Position numbers and translations under genes: made by a program
Source: Paraspadella gotoi
Taxonomy: Eukaryota; Animalia; Chaetognatha
DNA: 64,000 nt
Assembly: GCA_051294375.1 (NCBI GenBank)
Contig: CM119264.1
Coordinates: forward strand, 11,197,832-11,261,831
Direction: 5' to 3'
The notes under the pieces: model-generated
Told to the model about the DNA's origin: nothing
Seen by the model: only the letters and a program-made list of their open reading frames with translations
Database searches by the model: none
In this document: piece by piece, positions 37,465 to 50,834 of the stretch
Position numbering within the stretch: the first letter of the stretch is position 1
Layout of the letters: each line of letters begins with the position of its first letter

Positions 37465-38930
37465 CCACCCCGATTCTCTAACTCTCTATCTGTCATTGTC
37501 TCTCACTCTCTCTGTCTCTTTGTCCCTAAGCCTCCTGGGTCTCTTTGCCCATTGTCTCTCAGTATCCCCCTCACTCCCTCTCCCTCCCAGCGAGGATGAT
37601 CTCTTTATCAAAACAATATGCGAAGGTTTTTTTTTCGGTAAGGAACGAGAGGCGGAGTCAGGGGTAGGGGCACAGTTAAAGGGGCAAAGGGGCAGAAGTA
37701 AGGGGACACAGGGTCGAGCGAGAGAGGGGCAGAGGTGATGATGATTTCGACTCGCAGTCGCGATAAACGAAAAAAAAAAAAAAGAAAAATGGGCGAGTCG
37801 GAGGCGAAAAAAAACCTCGCGCCGTTCGGCCGAGGAAACTTATCTCCATAATTTATCTCGAGCTGCGGTTTTCGCCCCAGGATCGAGGAAAACTCTTGTG
37901 GAGCCGTGATGAAGTACTGGAGCGTGAAGAAATTACTGGAGCGGAGAGGAAGGACGGAGCCGGAAAAAGAGCGGAAGGGTATGAAGTAAGTAAAAAAGAG
38001 AAGAATAAATCAGAGAGAAGTACATAGGAAAACCGAAAAACCGAAAAACCTTCATCGACGCAATCTGCAGCGCCATTTTTGTAATTGTTTCCAACTTTCC
38101 ACTATCGCAAATATCTTTAAATATTTCCATCTGGAGCAACTTCCCGTATGTAATGACATCAGTATCAAGCACTTTGGCCATCCATGACGAAATCGAAATG
38201 ATAATCAGCGACGCCATCGTCAACGTCATTTGTGGCTCGAGTGGCAATACCATCGTAGACGAATTTTTTTTTTCGATCGTAATTTATGCATCGCAACTCG
38301 AAAAATCGGAAGGAAGAAAAAAAAGAAAAAGAAAATCGATAAAGCTCCTGACGTCGCCTGGGAGATTCTAAAGAGCGAAGTTGGGCGGAAGGCGCCAGAC
38401 AGATTGTCAAGGGCGACAGGATATTGCAAAGCCAAAGGTCGGGAGAGCGGAGAGAAGGAAAAACTATGGAGGAGGTATTTCGTGAGAAGAAGGAAAGAAC
38501 AAAGCCGGAATCGGAATTTCATTAGAGATTTAACTAAATTCTAATTAAATAGATTCGACTAACAAAAAATCTAATCCGAAAATCTCCATAAATTTACAAC
38601 GTTGATTCGAAAACATGAATACGAAAATGCAAAATAATCGAATGAATCTGATAAACACACAATAAAATACTGAGAGGTGAAAATCCTCAAATCTTCCGCA
38701 ACCAAAGGACGAGAACCAAAATCCATTTTTCTCATCCCTTGTTTGGGTCGCCTCTTTCGTTGTCGCCTTGGGAGAAACGAGGTAAGTCTCTGGAAGAGAG
38801 GAAAAGTCCTTTGCCTCTTTACCATTCGGTTTCGCTTCTGCGTCCCTTCTTATTTCTTTTTTTTTTTTTGCTTTTTACTTTCTCAACTCGAAATTCTTTG
38901 GTTTGTTATGGGAATTTGTTTGGCTATCTC
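37465..38930. repeat. Inverted copy of segment A, starting directly after a 25-N gap (37440-37464)
   Basis: Reverse complement of 27207-28659 with scattered indels. Confidence 0.93.
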
Positions 38931-40486
38931 GCGACACTTAGTTTTTTTTCTTTTGTATTTCTAATTTTGCCACAAAATAGCGACGCCACATCCTTCCCAA
39001 GCGCTAAACTTTATCTATCCAATTTCATCAATGACGTCCCCCCCCCTTAAAACCGGCGTTGATTTTCGTCTCTGATTTCCGGCGCCATTCGCCGGCCGAC
39101 GTATCAGACGATAATGAAGACGAAAGAGGAAATGAAAAGACGAAAAATCGATTAACGTCCGACGAAAGCGCCTCTAACGATAAAAGTTGGCAAATAAAGA
39201 AAAAAAAAAGACGCACCCAAGGAGAAAAAAAAAAGAGCAACGAATTGAAAGGAGAAAAACATGAAAGGAAAAAAAAAGGAAACGGGGACAGAAACTATTC
39301 GGTCATTATTGAAAGGACTAAAGCGATTGAAGTGATTTAAGCGAATGAGGAGATTAGGGCGAATGAGAGAGCGATCAAGGTGAAGTCGTTTCGCGAATAA
39401 AAACGTGAAATTCTAAATGAAAATTTAGGAAAAATACTTATTTTACTCATCGAAGAGTATTTCTTGTCAGTCATGACGATTATTTGGAAAACGGAACACT
39501 GAGCTGATGTGTTGCATTGGCAAATAATAAGTCTCTAGATGATTGTCGTCACAAATTGTCTCCCTCAGTGGAAACTATTAAATTTTCAAAGTGCGATGTT
39601 AATATTCTACACACTACACAGCGCGCAGGAGGAGAAAAAAAAATTCTCAAAAACAAAAGGCCTCTTTGATCCGAATTCCGGAAAGCGAGAACGAGGCTCC
39701 GCAGAGGTCAAACTCTTTTGAGGGTCGAGTCGGATCGCATTCGCCTTGGCTTAAGATAAATCACCTACTTTTTTCTGCGGGGAGAAAGAAGGAATTGTGA
39801 AGATAAAAGAAAATATAAATAAAAAGAGAGAGAAAAAGAGAGTGAAAGAGGGAGAGAATAAAAAAAAAAGAATAAAATTAAAAATAAATAAGTTGAACAA
39901 AAAACGAAAAAAAATTGTTCCCGTGGAACGTTTATCACGAGTCGCTTTAATGGTGGTTTTAATCTAAGACACTGCTGATGACAATCACGAAGTCACGAGG
40001 GAAAATAAATGAAAACAGGGAAAATGAGAAGTAAGATTAAAGATCAAATTTTATGCCGCGATGACATTATAGAATTCTAGTAGAATCAAAATGGATCAGA
40101 AAATTGATGGGGTACGATTTGGGTCAGATCGGATGACTCACTCGCGATTCTTGGTTCGGAAACGACGGATTTACATTTACATTTACTGAGGAGAAGCGAA
40201 GATTTAAAAAGAGAGCGTTTGTGAAGCAGCTCAAATGTACGAAAAGAAGCGAACAAAGAATTCCGGAAGTCGAGGTCCGTTCGACAAACCGTTTCGCGAT
40301 CTCGTTCTTGTTTTCTTTTTTTGTTTGTATATTTGTTGGTTGCTCCCCTATTTGGCTTCAAAAGTTGGCGACTTTTACGCAAGGCAAATCGTAGTTTTGT
40401 TTACGCGTTTTATTTCTCTTGTTTCTTTTGTTTGTTTTCTTTTGTTTCTAAAGTTTATTCGTTCAATTAATCTATTTTCTTTTTTG

Positions 40487-40577
<91 letters not shown>

Positions 40578-41447
40578 TATGAAACTTACAAAATTACTTG
40601 TTTCACTATCTTTATATATTTTTTTCCTTTTATTTAATTATTTATTTATATTTATTTTTATTATTTTTATTATTTATAATAACTTTTATTTATGATATAT
40701 TTACTTGTTAAAATATTTTTTTTGTTAAATATTTAAATATTTGTTTGGGATGGGGACGTTAGTGTTGTCTTCTGGAAATAGAGGGAACATCTCCACAACA
40801 CAAGATTAGATTACTTTCTGTCCCAGTTTTCTTACAGATATCTTACATCATTCCTGTTGGAAAATCATCCCGTCCTCGATCAACCATCGACGCCATTTTG
40901 TTTATCCCCTCCCAGCCATCTCCCGCCCTCGTTTTCCGACTTCACTTTGTAATCCCCCACGTCGCCGACGTCTGTCTGGTCGCGTCGTCGTTCGTCGTCG
41001 TCGGCGCCCGGCGAAATCGTCTCGCGCCGTCGCCAAGCGACGCCGACGAGTGGCAGGTGAGACGGCTGCCCGGACGGGTGGGCGTGGGAGTGAGGGTGGG
41101 GGCGTGGGCGTCCGGAAACCCGCGGTCGAAGCGTCGCTTTGGCCGGAATTCAGGCGGAAGGAGCTGCGATGTGAGGGGGGGGGGGAGAAAAGAAGGGGAA
41201 GAGACGGGGGGAGATAAGTAGGGAAGGATTAACCGAAGGGAGAGAATCCGATAACAAAAACAAAAAAGCTTTTTACGGCGTCTCTCGGCTGATTGCCGAC
41301 ACATTTAAAGTTACAAACCGAACGAAACATAAAAAAAACAAAAAAAAAAGCAAGAGAAGAGAAAAGGAAAAAACGGGGGAATGAGGAGAGAGAGAGAGAG
41401 AGAGATGAAGGAGAGAGAGAGAGAGAGAGAGGAAGGTAGAAGAGAGA

Positions 41448-41484
<37 letters not shown>

Positions 41485-41765
41485 AAAGAAAATTTATTCG
41501 AAGAATAAAACTGGGAAATTCAATTTTGGGTTAACATTTTAAAGTGGAGCGTCAATAGCCTCGTCGAAAACTAGAGAATTTAGTGGAATTAACGACCACG
41601 TGAGATAAGTCGAATCGGAGTTCTAACGTTTTTTTTATAAGGCACAAAAAAGGGGTAATAAATTTTGAGAAAGTTAAGAATGAAAAAGTGTAAAAACGTA
41701 TTGAAGCCAAGAAATTAATAAAATCCGATAAAATTACGTTTTAAAAATATATATTTTTTTTCTAC

Positions 41766-42478
41766 CCATCGTCCTTTGCCGAGTCGGCGTCCAGCGACGA
41801 CAAAGGCTGCAAAACGATGACGCCCTTCGGTTCCTCGTTTCCCGGCGGCGTCAGCAAATCCTCGACGCTGTTTGTGGACTCCGCCGCCGCAGCCGCCGCA
41901 GCCGTCGACGTGGATGAGGAAAGAGAAAAGGCGGGCGTCCTTTTTAGGATTAGTCTTTTCGGGCGACGCGACAACCACGACGACGACGACGACGTCGGCA
42001 CCCATTTGTCAACGATGACGACTTTGGCGTTGTCCGAGTCTGACACGGTCTCTCCCTTCACGTCGTCGGCCCTGCATTTCAGGGAGTCTTTGGCTTCTGC
42101 GATTTCGACAGCGTGGTTCAGACCTTCGTCGTTCGAGGCGTCACTGGAGGAGGCGACGCTCAAAACGGCGTCGCGCGGCGTCAAATCGATGCCGTCGTAA
42201 AAATCTTTGACGTCGAGGCAGCGGGGAAAATTGGCAACGGGCGCCAGGTCCAATACGCGCGGTCGTTCGAGATCGAGACAAGACGGCGCCGATGCTATTA
42301 ACGAATTAGCGCCGGAACACGATTCTCTGGGAGCGCCGGGAACGTCGTCGGTGACGCCGGAAACGGAAAAGATGGCGGGGGCGTCGTTAGGGATGTTGAC
42401 GTCGTTGAGACGAGAGAAAGGATCGAGACGCATCGCTGTTCCGTATCGTTCCTTCATCGTTTTTATGATCACGTGGGA
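41766..42478 (-). CDS. Large exon encoding an acidic Ser/Asp/Ala-rich region (ATG 42457, MKERYGTAMRLDPF...DSAKDDG); candidate first coding exon of the DLK-like gene
   Basis: About 230 open codons with the exon-like GC/CpG bias seen in DCST1; acag acceptor at 42479-42482 and gg|gtagaa donor (phase 2). Confidence 0.65.
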
Positions 42479-43497
42479 CTGTTTTTAAATTGAAATCGTT
42501 TACTAATTTTAAAGCGTCTTTTTATGCTATTTTGGATGACCTCGGTATCGCAGGAATACGCCCGCGTTTAGGTCTCCTAAGTTTCAACTCATATCGAGGA
42601 GTTTTTTTCTCTCCACCTCATCCAGTTTATGATGGCGCCTCATCTCCGCTCGCGCGAAACTGAATTCAAAACGACGACGATAATGAGTTTTAGGAACGAG
42701 GAATGCAATCGAGGAACGCGATATATTTTGTAATAACGAGAAAAAAATGTTTTTTTTTTTAAATATCAGAAGAATCGTAAAATTTGAATAATTAAACTCG
42801 GGAATAAAGTTTGTTTTTATCTCTCGGTGCTGCACCGTTGCAAGTACTGTAAATGTGATACTAAACAAATCTGCAGCAGTTGGTTTTCTATCGGCTTTGT
42901 TTCCGTTTTTTTTTTCACTCATCAACGGTCATGGAATTTCCACGAATCAAAAACGCGTTGGCCTGGAAACAATAACTCTCTTCACGGCGGGCGTTCAACC
43001 ATCTGCAAAGGTTTGTGTCTATGATGGAGGAAAAACGTTAGGATTTGAAAGCCGGAAACGTCAGCGGAAGGTCTCGCGTTAACAGACGGAAAATACGCGC
43101 ATAAAGTTGAGGGAACGCCCTCAAAGCCCCTCATCGAAGGGCGTTTGCCTCGTGAAGAAAAGGAATAAGGGAAAAGTGGGGGTAGAGGGAGGAAAATGGA
43201 TGGGGCCGAGGGGGAGGGAGGGAGAATTAATCGCGCCGCCGGAAACGAGGCGATGTTCGTTGAGAAACAAAAAAAAATTGAGGAAATGAAAGGGGCGGGC
43301 CACGCATGTGAATGTCCGTTGGAGTGTGAACGACGTATGCGAGCGTGCGCAGTGTGTAAAGATCTTTTGGTAAAGCGAAAAAAGCGTGTGAGGTCCTGAA
43401 ACAACGTGTGAGAGCCGTTGTGGGTCGGGAGTGAGATAAACAAGAGTATCGTGTAACGCTTAACTCCTTTGGACGTCTGCCCAGAAGAATATATGAG

Positions 43498-43541
<44 letters not shown>

Positions 43542-44084
43542 AGAGAGAGAAGAGAAGAAGAGAGAGAGAGAGAGAGCCCGCATATGGAGCAGAGAATGAG
43601 AGGATTTATGTATCATACTAGCAGAGGAGAGAAAACCCGCCCAGAGGCATTGAGAAAGCGATAGTACAATGAAAAAAAGGAAGATAAAGCGAGAGAAATA
43701 TGGCGATTTTTGAATTTTGCCCAAGAGACGCTGAACGAAGAGCGAATGAAATATATATTCCCGAAAAGAAAAATGGAAAAGCTTTTTTTGTCGGGAGAGA
43801 GAAAACCAGAGGGGAAGTCAAAGTAAAGGAATAACGTGAGATTTTGTAACCAGAACCGGAAGGAATTATGAGCCAAGTGATATTCTCTGGTGATGATGGA
43901 TGAAAACTCGGAGAGAGTTCCATTGAAATTGACGACGACACGCGGAAAGTAGTTCCCAAGGCGATGGAAAACTTTAAAAGGGTCCCATAAAGAGAAAGTT
44001 TCTCGGGGTTTTTCAAAGTTTTCAAGTTTTAAAGGTTTAGATTGTTTTTTTTTATTGTTACAATAACAGGAGTGAAGGCTAAGG

Positions 44085-44155
44085 AATACTTTAATACTTA
44101 ATACTTTAATACTTTAATACTTTAATACTTTAATACTTAATACTTTAATACTTTA
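44085..44155. repeat. (TAATACTT)n 8-bp tandem repeat
   Basis: About nine units visible. Confidence 0.92.
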
Positions 44156-45584
44156 AGATACTCGAAGAAGGTTGCTCGATTAGATGGCGGAGCTTAAAAT
44201 TGTCGTATCAAAACTCTTTCCAGTCTCTCGGCGATGACATAAACCCGACTTCGAGAAACGGGAGTCCCGGATTTTGGAATTTGACGAGCGAGGTCGCCCC
44301 AAATCTGAGTGAGGAAAATGAGGCGTTCCCCTCGATTCGAATTGAAATCGCGTGGAAATCGCTGAAAACCTCACAGACCGCCGATCGCACCCTCAGCGCC
44401 CCCCGCCCAACCCTCACAGTACCCTCACCGCCAACCGAAGGAGGGAAAGGAGCCTAACGGAAATGGCCCGGGCGAAGGACGAGAGTGGAAGCCAACCTAA
44501 TCTAATGCGGAGGGCGGAGAGAAAGGCGATGGAATCGCTGCGTGGCGTCGAGTAGAGAGAGTGGCGCAAAAACGGAACCGAATCTCCGCTAGAGGCGCTT
44601 CGTTTTCAGCGAGAGTTGCCGATTGCGTCTCAAAGGGGAAATAAACAATGGAGGTATAATTTAAGTTATAAAGGCATTGGGTAGCTTAAAGGTAGCTTAA
44701 GGAGAAAGGAAAATGGCTGGAGCCCGAAAGTAAATTGGGCGAGAAAACCAGACTGCCCAGATTTGGAAAAGAGAGAGATGATGATTTCTTAACCGCAAAG
44801 TGAAATCCTCAATAGGGAGAAAATACAATTTTAAAAAATGCGACATTGGTTGCGTGAAAATAAGGGCACATCGTGTTTCAAAGGGAAGAATGACCGTAAC
44901 AAAAAAAACAAAAAAAAAAACAGAAAAACGAAACGCGGTTTAATCGAGTCTAAAGAGACGTCGTTATCGACTGGCGTCTCCTTGGCGACGGAAACGAGGC
45001 GAGGCGATCACGTGATTCGTGATCGATTGAGTCGCGTTTTGGGCCCAAACGAGCGCGGCGGTCCAACGGTTTGGGCTGATTGGCTTCTTGAACGAGTACG
45101 GCCCTTTGATCTCGGCCCCGGTCACAAATTAAAAAAAAAAAAAAAAAAAAATTAGGAACGTCAGACGAATTTATTTTAAAATAATGTATGATTTTAAAAC
45201 ATATTTAATTATTTTGATATTTCGTGTTTTCGAAACGAAAATTACAACGAGTTTCCACATATATATACGTCGCTCTTTTTTTTTCGATCGGAATTCTATT
45301 GATTGGTCGCCAAGCTGATGGCTGACGTCACGATTCGTGTCTTTGAACTTTGATTTTTTTTTAATTCCCTGTCTTTTTATAAGTACCTTCCTTGCACTTC
45401 AAAAATGTACAGAAATGAAAAAAATTTACTTTTTATCAATATATATATTTTTTTATTATCGAGAACGAAAGTAGAAAAACCTCTTTGAAAGTATTGGTTC
45501 TTTCAACATTTGGTCCCAAAAAACTTTCCGATCCATTACCTTTCGTTTCTCAATTTCAGATCATTCTTATACAAAAAACTATCT

Positions 45585-45643
45585 GCCTGGGGTTCGAAAC
45601 CGTGACCTTTGGATTCGGTAATCAAGAGTCGCCAGTCACCTCG
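45585..45643 (-). mobile_element. Possible tRNA-like SINE head fragment
   Basis: Minus strand reads ...ccgaatccaaaggtcacggtttcgaaccccaggca, a B-box/T-arm-like motif. Confidence 0.3.
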
Positions 45644-46180
45644 AAATTTACGGTTCCGATAGGGATTTCAATTCAGTCTTTTAAATCCAAAAGTATATTT
45701 AATTATTTATATCGCCAAAAAAACTATCCATCTACGATTATAATATAGAAACACGACGAAAGTTTTTGTTTCCAGGCCAATGATTATACGATTCTACATC
45801 TATATTGAAACATACATTTAGAAACACGTGTTTTAATGAAAAGATTACGTTCACGATTTATATTCGAAGTGAGAGAAAGAAAGAGAGAGAAAAATACGTT
45901 TTGGCGAAACAAAGAAGAAAAAAAAATAATTTTTTTTCTCGTAGAAATGAAAGTCGAAACTGGATCGAGGGTTCGACTCTGGATTTAGACGATGACTCAT
46001 CTTCAAAAGCGATGATCGATAATGAGAGTGATGGTGATGTTGAAGGTGATGGTGAAGGTGGTTCTGGTGGTTCTGGTGGTGAGTTGATGTTGATTTTATG
46101 ATGATTTTGGAGATTTTTAATGAAGAGTCGTTAATTGGAATAGCGGGATTTGAAATTGTCGAAATTTCTATCGCTGAATT

Positions 46181-46925
46181 TCACAGTAATTGTAAAAAAT
46201 CGTGTAAAATCCATGGTGATGATGATGATGATGATGATGAGGAGGAGGAGGAGGAGGAGGAGGGCGGGGGCGGGAGAAGTCCCTTCGTCAGCATCGCCGA
46301 TCGCCGAGAATTCGAAGCGGGAAAAGTGAGACGCGAACAGATTCGATCGTTGTTGTTGTAGTTGCGGTCAATTTTGTGATTCGAATCTGTGAAACTAACT
46401 CGGTTCTGTTGAGACGAAGAAACCAAGTCGCGGTCATGCTGGAAGAAAATTCGTTTATTTTAACGTGAAAGTAAACAAGCCTTAGGAAAATATAATAACC
46501 AGTTTGGTTTTGAGGTTAAGAGAAAAAATATAAGATGCATTTTAATAATTGATTAATTGATTAGGAGTTTAAAATTAATCCGTCTTTAATCAAGCATTTG
46601 TCAATTATTCCGTTGTCAAAGATTTCCCGCTGTCGCGATTATTTTTTTAAAATTGTTTTTAAAATTGTTTTCTGTTTATTTAGGCGGATCGAACCACGAA
46701 TGACGAACATCACGCCACCTTTTTCGCTGACTGGCAAAAAAGTAGAAAAAAAAAAGAGACCAAAAACTCGAGCGAAATTCTTGTCTGTGCGTTATTTCCG
46801 TGGATCGATTCTCAGTGTTCCGCCAAGGACATACGAGTTTTGACGAAAGTCCGGATGTAAAGGAGTTTAATGTTAAAAGCTTCGTCGTGTCGTGCCCAGA
46901 CAGGTTTTTTCTTCGAGATGATTCG

Positions 46926-47005
<80 letters not shown>

Positions 47006-48358
47006 TTTAGATAGTCGCTCCACATAGAGTAATTAAAAATTAGTAACTCTTTTGTTACGCTTTATCTATAGCATAAATATACATGGTTTAAAGCTCTAAT
47101 CTCAAAAGAGAGAGAGGAGATGAGAGAGGAGACGATGGAGAGATGAGTGGAGAGAGAATGAGAACATCTGCTTATTTTGCTCTTTGAGTTTGACGTTTTC
47201 TCGCCCACTCAAACAATTACGGAACGGCGACTTTTAATTTAGCGACAGCGACATTATGTTATTAAATATATCTCTTTTTCATAAGTTTTAGTAAAGGTGT
47301 CTTTCTTAAAACAAAAAAAACAAAAAAAACAAAAAACAAATGAGACAATACTACCGGATTTTTGATAGCAAAATCGTTCTATCATGTAGGAAAACATTGT
47401 CAATCACTGGACTACATTGATAGCTCTGTTAATAAAAACATAAACTATCCATAAAACGCAGAACGTTATTGTTTATAAATATTTAAAGAATATTAACAAC
47501 GCTCATCGACGGTCCCCCATTTGAATTTCGACAGGATAATCTCGTTAGAAAGAAAAATGAATGAAATCGGGATTCCGCTTCGAACGAACGCGGAATAACT
47601 AATGGACCTTTTTCTTACCCAATTCAAATCGTTGAAAGGTTTTGAATTGGTTATCATATTTTTTGAATTCAAGGATCAAGGTTCTAACGAGATTTGATGA
47701 CGCAATTCCTTGCTCGTTTTTTTTGGGTTTTTTTGTTGAAGAAACAAAGGAAGCGAAAATAATGACGTCTTCAGAAAAGAGAAGAGAAGGAAAAGGAAAA
47801 AAAATAAGGAAGCGACAGAAAAAAAGAAACGGGTGAAAAATTAAGAGATTGAACAAACAAAGGAGAGCAAAAAATACAGCCAAACAACAACAACAACAAC
47901 AACACCAACAACAACACCAACAACAACAACAACAACATTAGCAGACGAACGTTCGCTCACCTCCTGCTGAAATCCGAATCTCTCTCCGAACAAGAGAGAA
48001 TGTTTAGGCTGGACGAGGCTCGTCTCGGCGCCATTGGGAATTGATGGTGTTGCTGGGGAACTTGCTGGGGTAGATGCTGAGGACGATGTAGCGACTTAAG
48101 CCGCCGTACGTACTCCTCCTCGGTCCCCACGTGATCCACGGGGGCGTCGTCGTAAACGTGGGCGTGGTTGTCGACGCCGGCGCCGCGGTGATCCGGGAGG
48201 GTGGAGCCGGCAAAGTCCGCGTAGAGGAGCCGGAAGTGGGTTGAGTCCCCGGGGTCGGGGGACCGGTTTTTGACCGGTATTCCCGGATAGTGGGAAGGGG
48301 CGGGAATTGCGGGGTCGGCGAAGCGGAAGTGGTTAGCTCCCGCGACGTCACGATCCAT
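46181..48358 (-). CDS. Unrecognised low-complexity protein, three exons (47961-48358, 46835-46910, 46181-46438); may have further 5' exons
   Basis: Donors gtgagc and gtatgt, AG acceptors, phases 2 then 0 give a continuous frame MDRDVAGANHF...DFSRR-KNLSGHD...SSKL-HDRDLVSSS...FLQLL*. Confidence 0.55.
47883..47937. repeat. (CAA)n microsatellite
   Basis: Trinucleotide run. Confidence 0.92.
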
Positions 48359-48855
48359 ACTTTTATTGTGTAGAAAAAAAAAACCGAATAGATTTTCTTT
48401 ATTTATTTTCTGTCAATAAAATCCGCGGGCATCTCGGTGGGCGGAGGAAAAGGAAAGGGAGATGGAGAAAAAACCAGAGAGATAAGAAATAAAGGGGAAA
48501 GTGAGAGGAAGGAAAGACGGAGAGTTTTGATCGCGAGGAGAGGCGTTGCGGGATACGTGATTCAAAGAAAAAGAGATGAAAAATCAAAAGAAAGGAATAT
48601 TTATGAAGGAGAAAGAAAAGGAAGAAAGAAAGAGAGGGCTGAGATGGGACGGAAATAAAGGGGATGGGTTTGATGAAGAAAAGAGAAAGGGATGGAGAAT
48701 TGTCAGAAAAAAAAATGTCGGGAATCGGGAGGAACCTTTCTTTTATTCTTTCTTTCTTTCTTTCTTTCTTTCTTCGTTTATTGCGCCGCGCGGAGGAAAA
48801 ATGATCGAAGCGCAGGGACTCTCCTTTGTTTCTCTCCTTTAATCTATCAATTCGC

Positions 48856-48887
<32 letters not shown>

Positions 48888-50202
48888 TGAGAGAGTCTTC
48901 GTCGATGTCGTTGTCCTCGAAATGGCGAACGAGTTTCCAACCTGAATACGGGGAGGTGAGTGGGTGGGGGGTGGAAAACAAAAGGGTCGAGAAAAATCTA
49001 ATAAAACAGAATATTGATGCTATTTCGAATGAACCACAGTTTCTCACTTTCTTTCCATCCCGTTGATGTGGAATTGCGAGCTTGTGAAATGGGAATAAAA
49101 ACCAATAAATACTAAAATAGCGACTGTCGAACAAACAAGCCGACCAAAAACGCAAAAAAAAAAATGACGGAGAAAAAAGATCGACAGATTCTACCGATGC
49201 ATTCAAAAATTCAAAAATCTACAGAGGCGTGAAAAAATTCCTCCGGTTCTCACCGCGCGTCAAACTTTCAACAATTTTCCCGCGCTTTCAAATTCCCCGG
49301 AGGTGAACCGGAATATTTTATTCGCCCGTTTTATTCGTTCACTTATTCATACAACCAGCTCTCCACCTCTCACTAAATTTGTCCCCCGGGCTTCGGATAG
49401 GCATCTTTTTTTCCCCTACCATTCTTCGTCGAGCAGTTTCGCTAATTTATCGTTTGGAAAATGAGTTTACCCTCATCGAAACTCAACCTCACTCATGGCC
49501 CTCCTGTATAACTTTGTGATTTCGCACGACGACCCCCACATTTTTCTTCTATCTTCAGTTTACTAATTCCATTCTCAAATTCATTTTTCCTATTTTTTAT
49601 TTTCTAAATCCAACTTTCCATTTCCGGTCCCCAATTTCCCCACTGCCCTTGTCCAACCTCATTCCCACTTTCTCCATCCAACTTCTCCCTTCTTTCCCAT
49701 CAAACGCCGCACGCTTCATCGAGCGTTCAATATTCATGATAACCTTTCCCTTGCCTTTCAGTCAGCATGAGTGGCAAAAACGCGCAACGTGAATTGCAGA
49801 ATCATAAATCGTTTTCTGTCTCGATCGCGGTGCCGCCGTAACGCCACCGTGGCGCCGCCGTAACGCCACCGTGACACCGTTGTCACGATGTAGTCGCGTC
49901 GGTTTCGGTTTCGAAACTGCTTCCAACTCGCCAGNNNNNNNNNNNNNNNNNNNNNNNNNAAGAATACGGTGTATCAAAGAGTTAAGAGAACGAAGCGAAA
50001 ACGCCGCAATGAAGAGGGCGAGGAAAATAGGGTACGTATTGGTATTTAATGATACTAATATTTCTTGAAACGATAGATTAGAACAAAAGCATATGCGTCA
50101 TTTCGAATGGAAAAATATTAAATTATGATTGAGTGGTATGCAATATAAATAAGCGCTTGCCAGAGAGAGAGAAGAGAGAGAGAGAACAGAGAGAGAGGAG
50201 AG

Positions 50203-50253
<51 letters not shown>

Positions 50254-50392
50254 CACGTGGCGAGTTAAGACGCAGAAAAACCGCGAGAGGTCACAACAGC
50301 GAAGCTTTTGCAATGACTCATCCTGTTCTCACAAAAAAAAGGAACAAAAAAGGAAAGTTGCATGAGAGAAGAAGAAGGAACAGGGCCGCGCC

Positions 50393-50745
50393 CACAGTTT
50401 TTTCCACCTCACCTCCGCCCACTCTTATCACATTCTTTGAATAAATAAAATGTTTCGAACAAAACATTTTTAAAAAAATATCTCAAATAAAAAAGGTTCT
50501 TTTGTCTCTATTCAAGAATCCACTGACCTCAAAGAAGAACTTAAAAGGCCGTTCCCCTTTTTCACTTTTCACGAAAAAGGCCGGTGCTCCTTTTCACTTT
50601 TCCCGATAAAGAGTCAGTTCTTTGCGTCAGAGACTCGACAATCTTTTTTTTCTTTCTTCTCTTTTCCTCCCTTTCGCTGCCAGGTCATCCCATATTATCT
50701 CCACGACAAAGAAGTCGGAAAAAAGGGATAAGTCCTTCTCTCTCT

Positions 50746-50834
<89 letters not shown>

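Noticed and set aside
49832-49872. 21-bp tandem duplication gccgccgtaacgccaccgtg
   Set aside because: Only two copies next to a gap edge; no evidence of function
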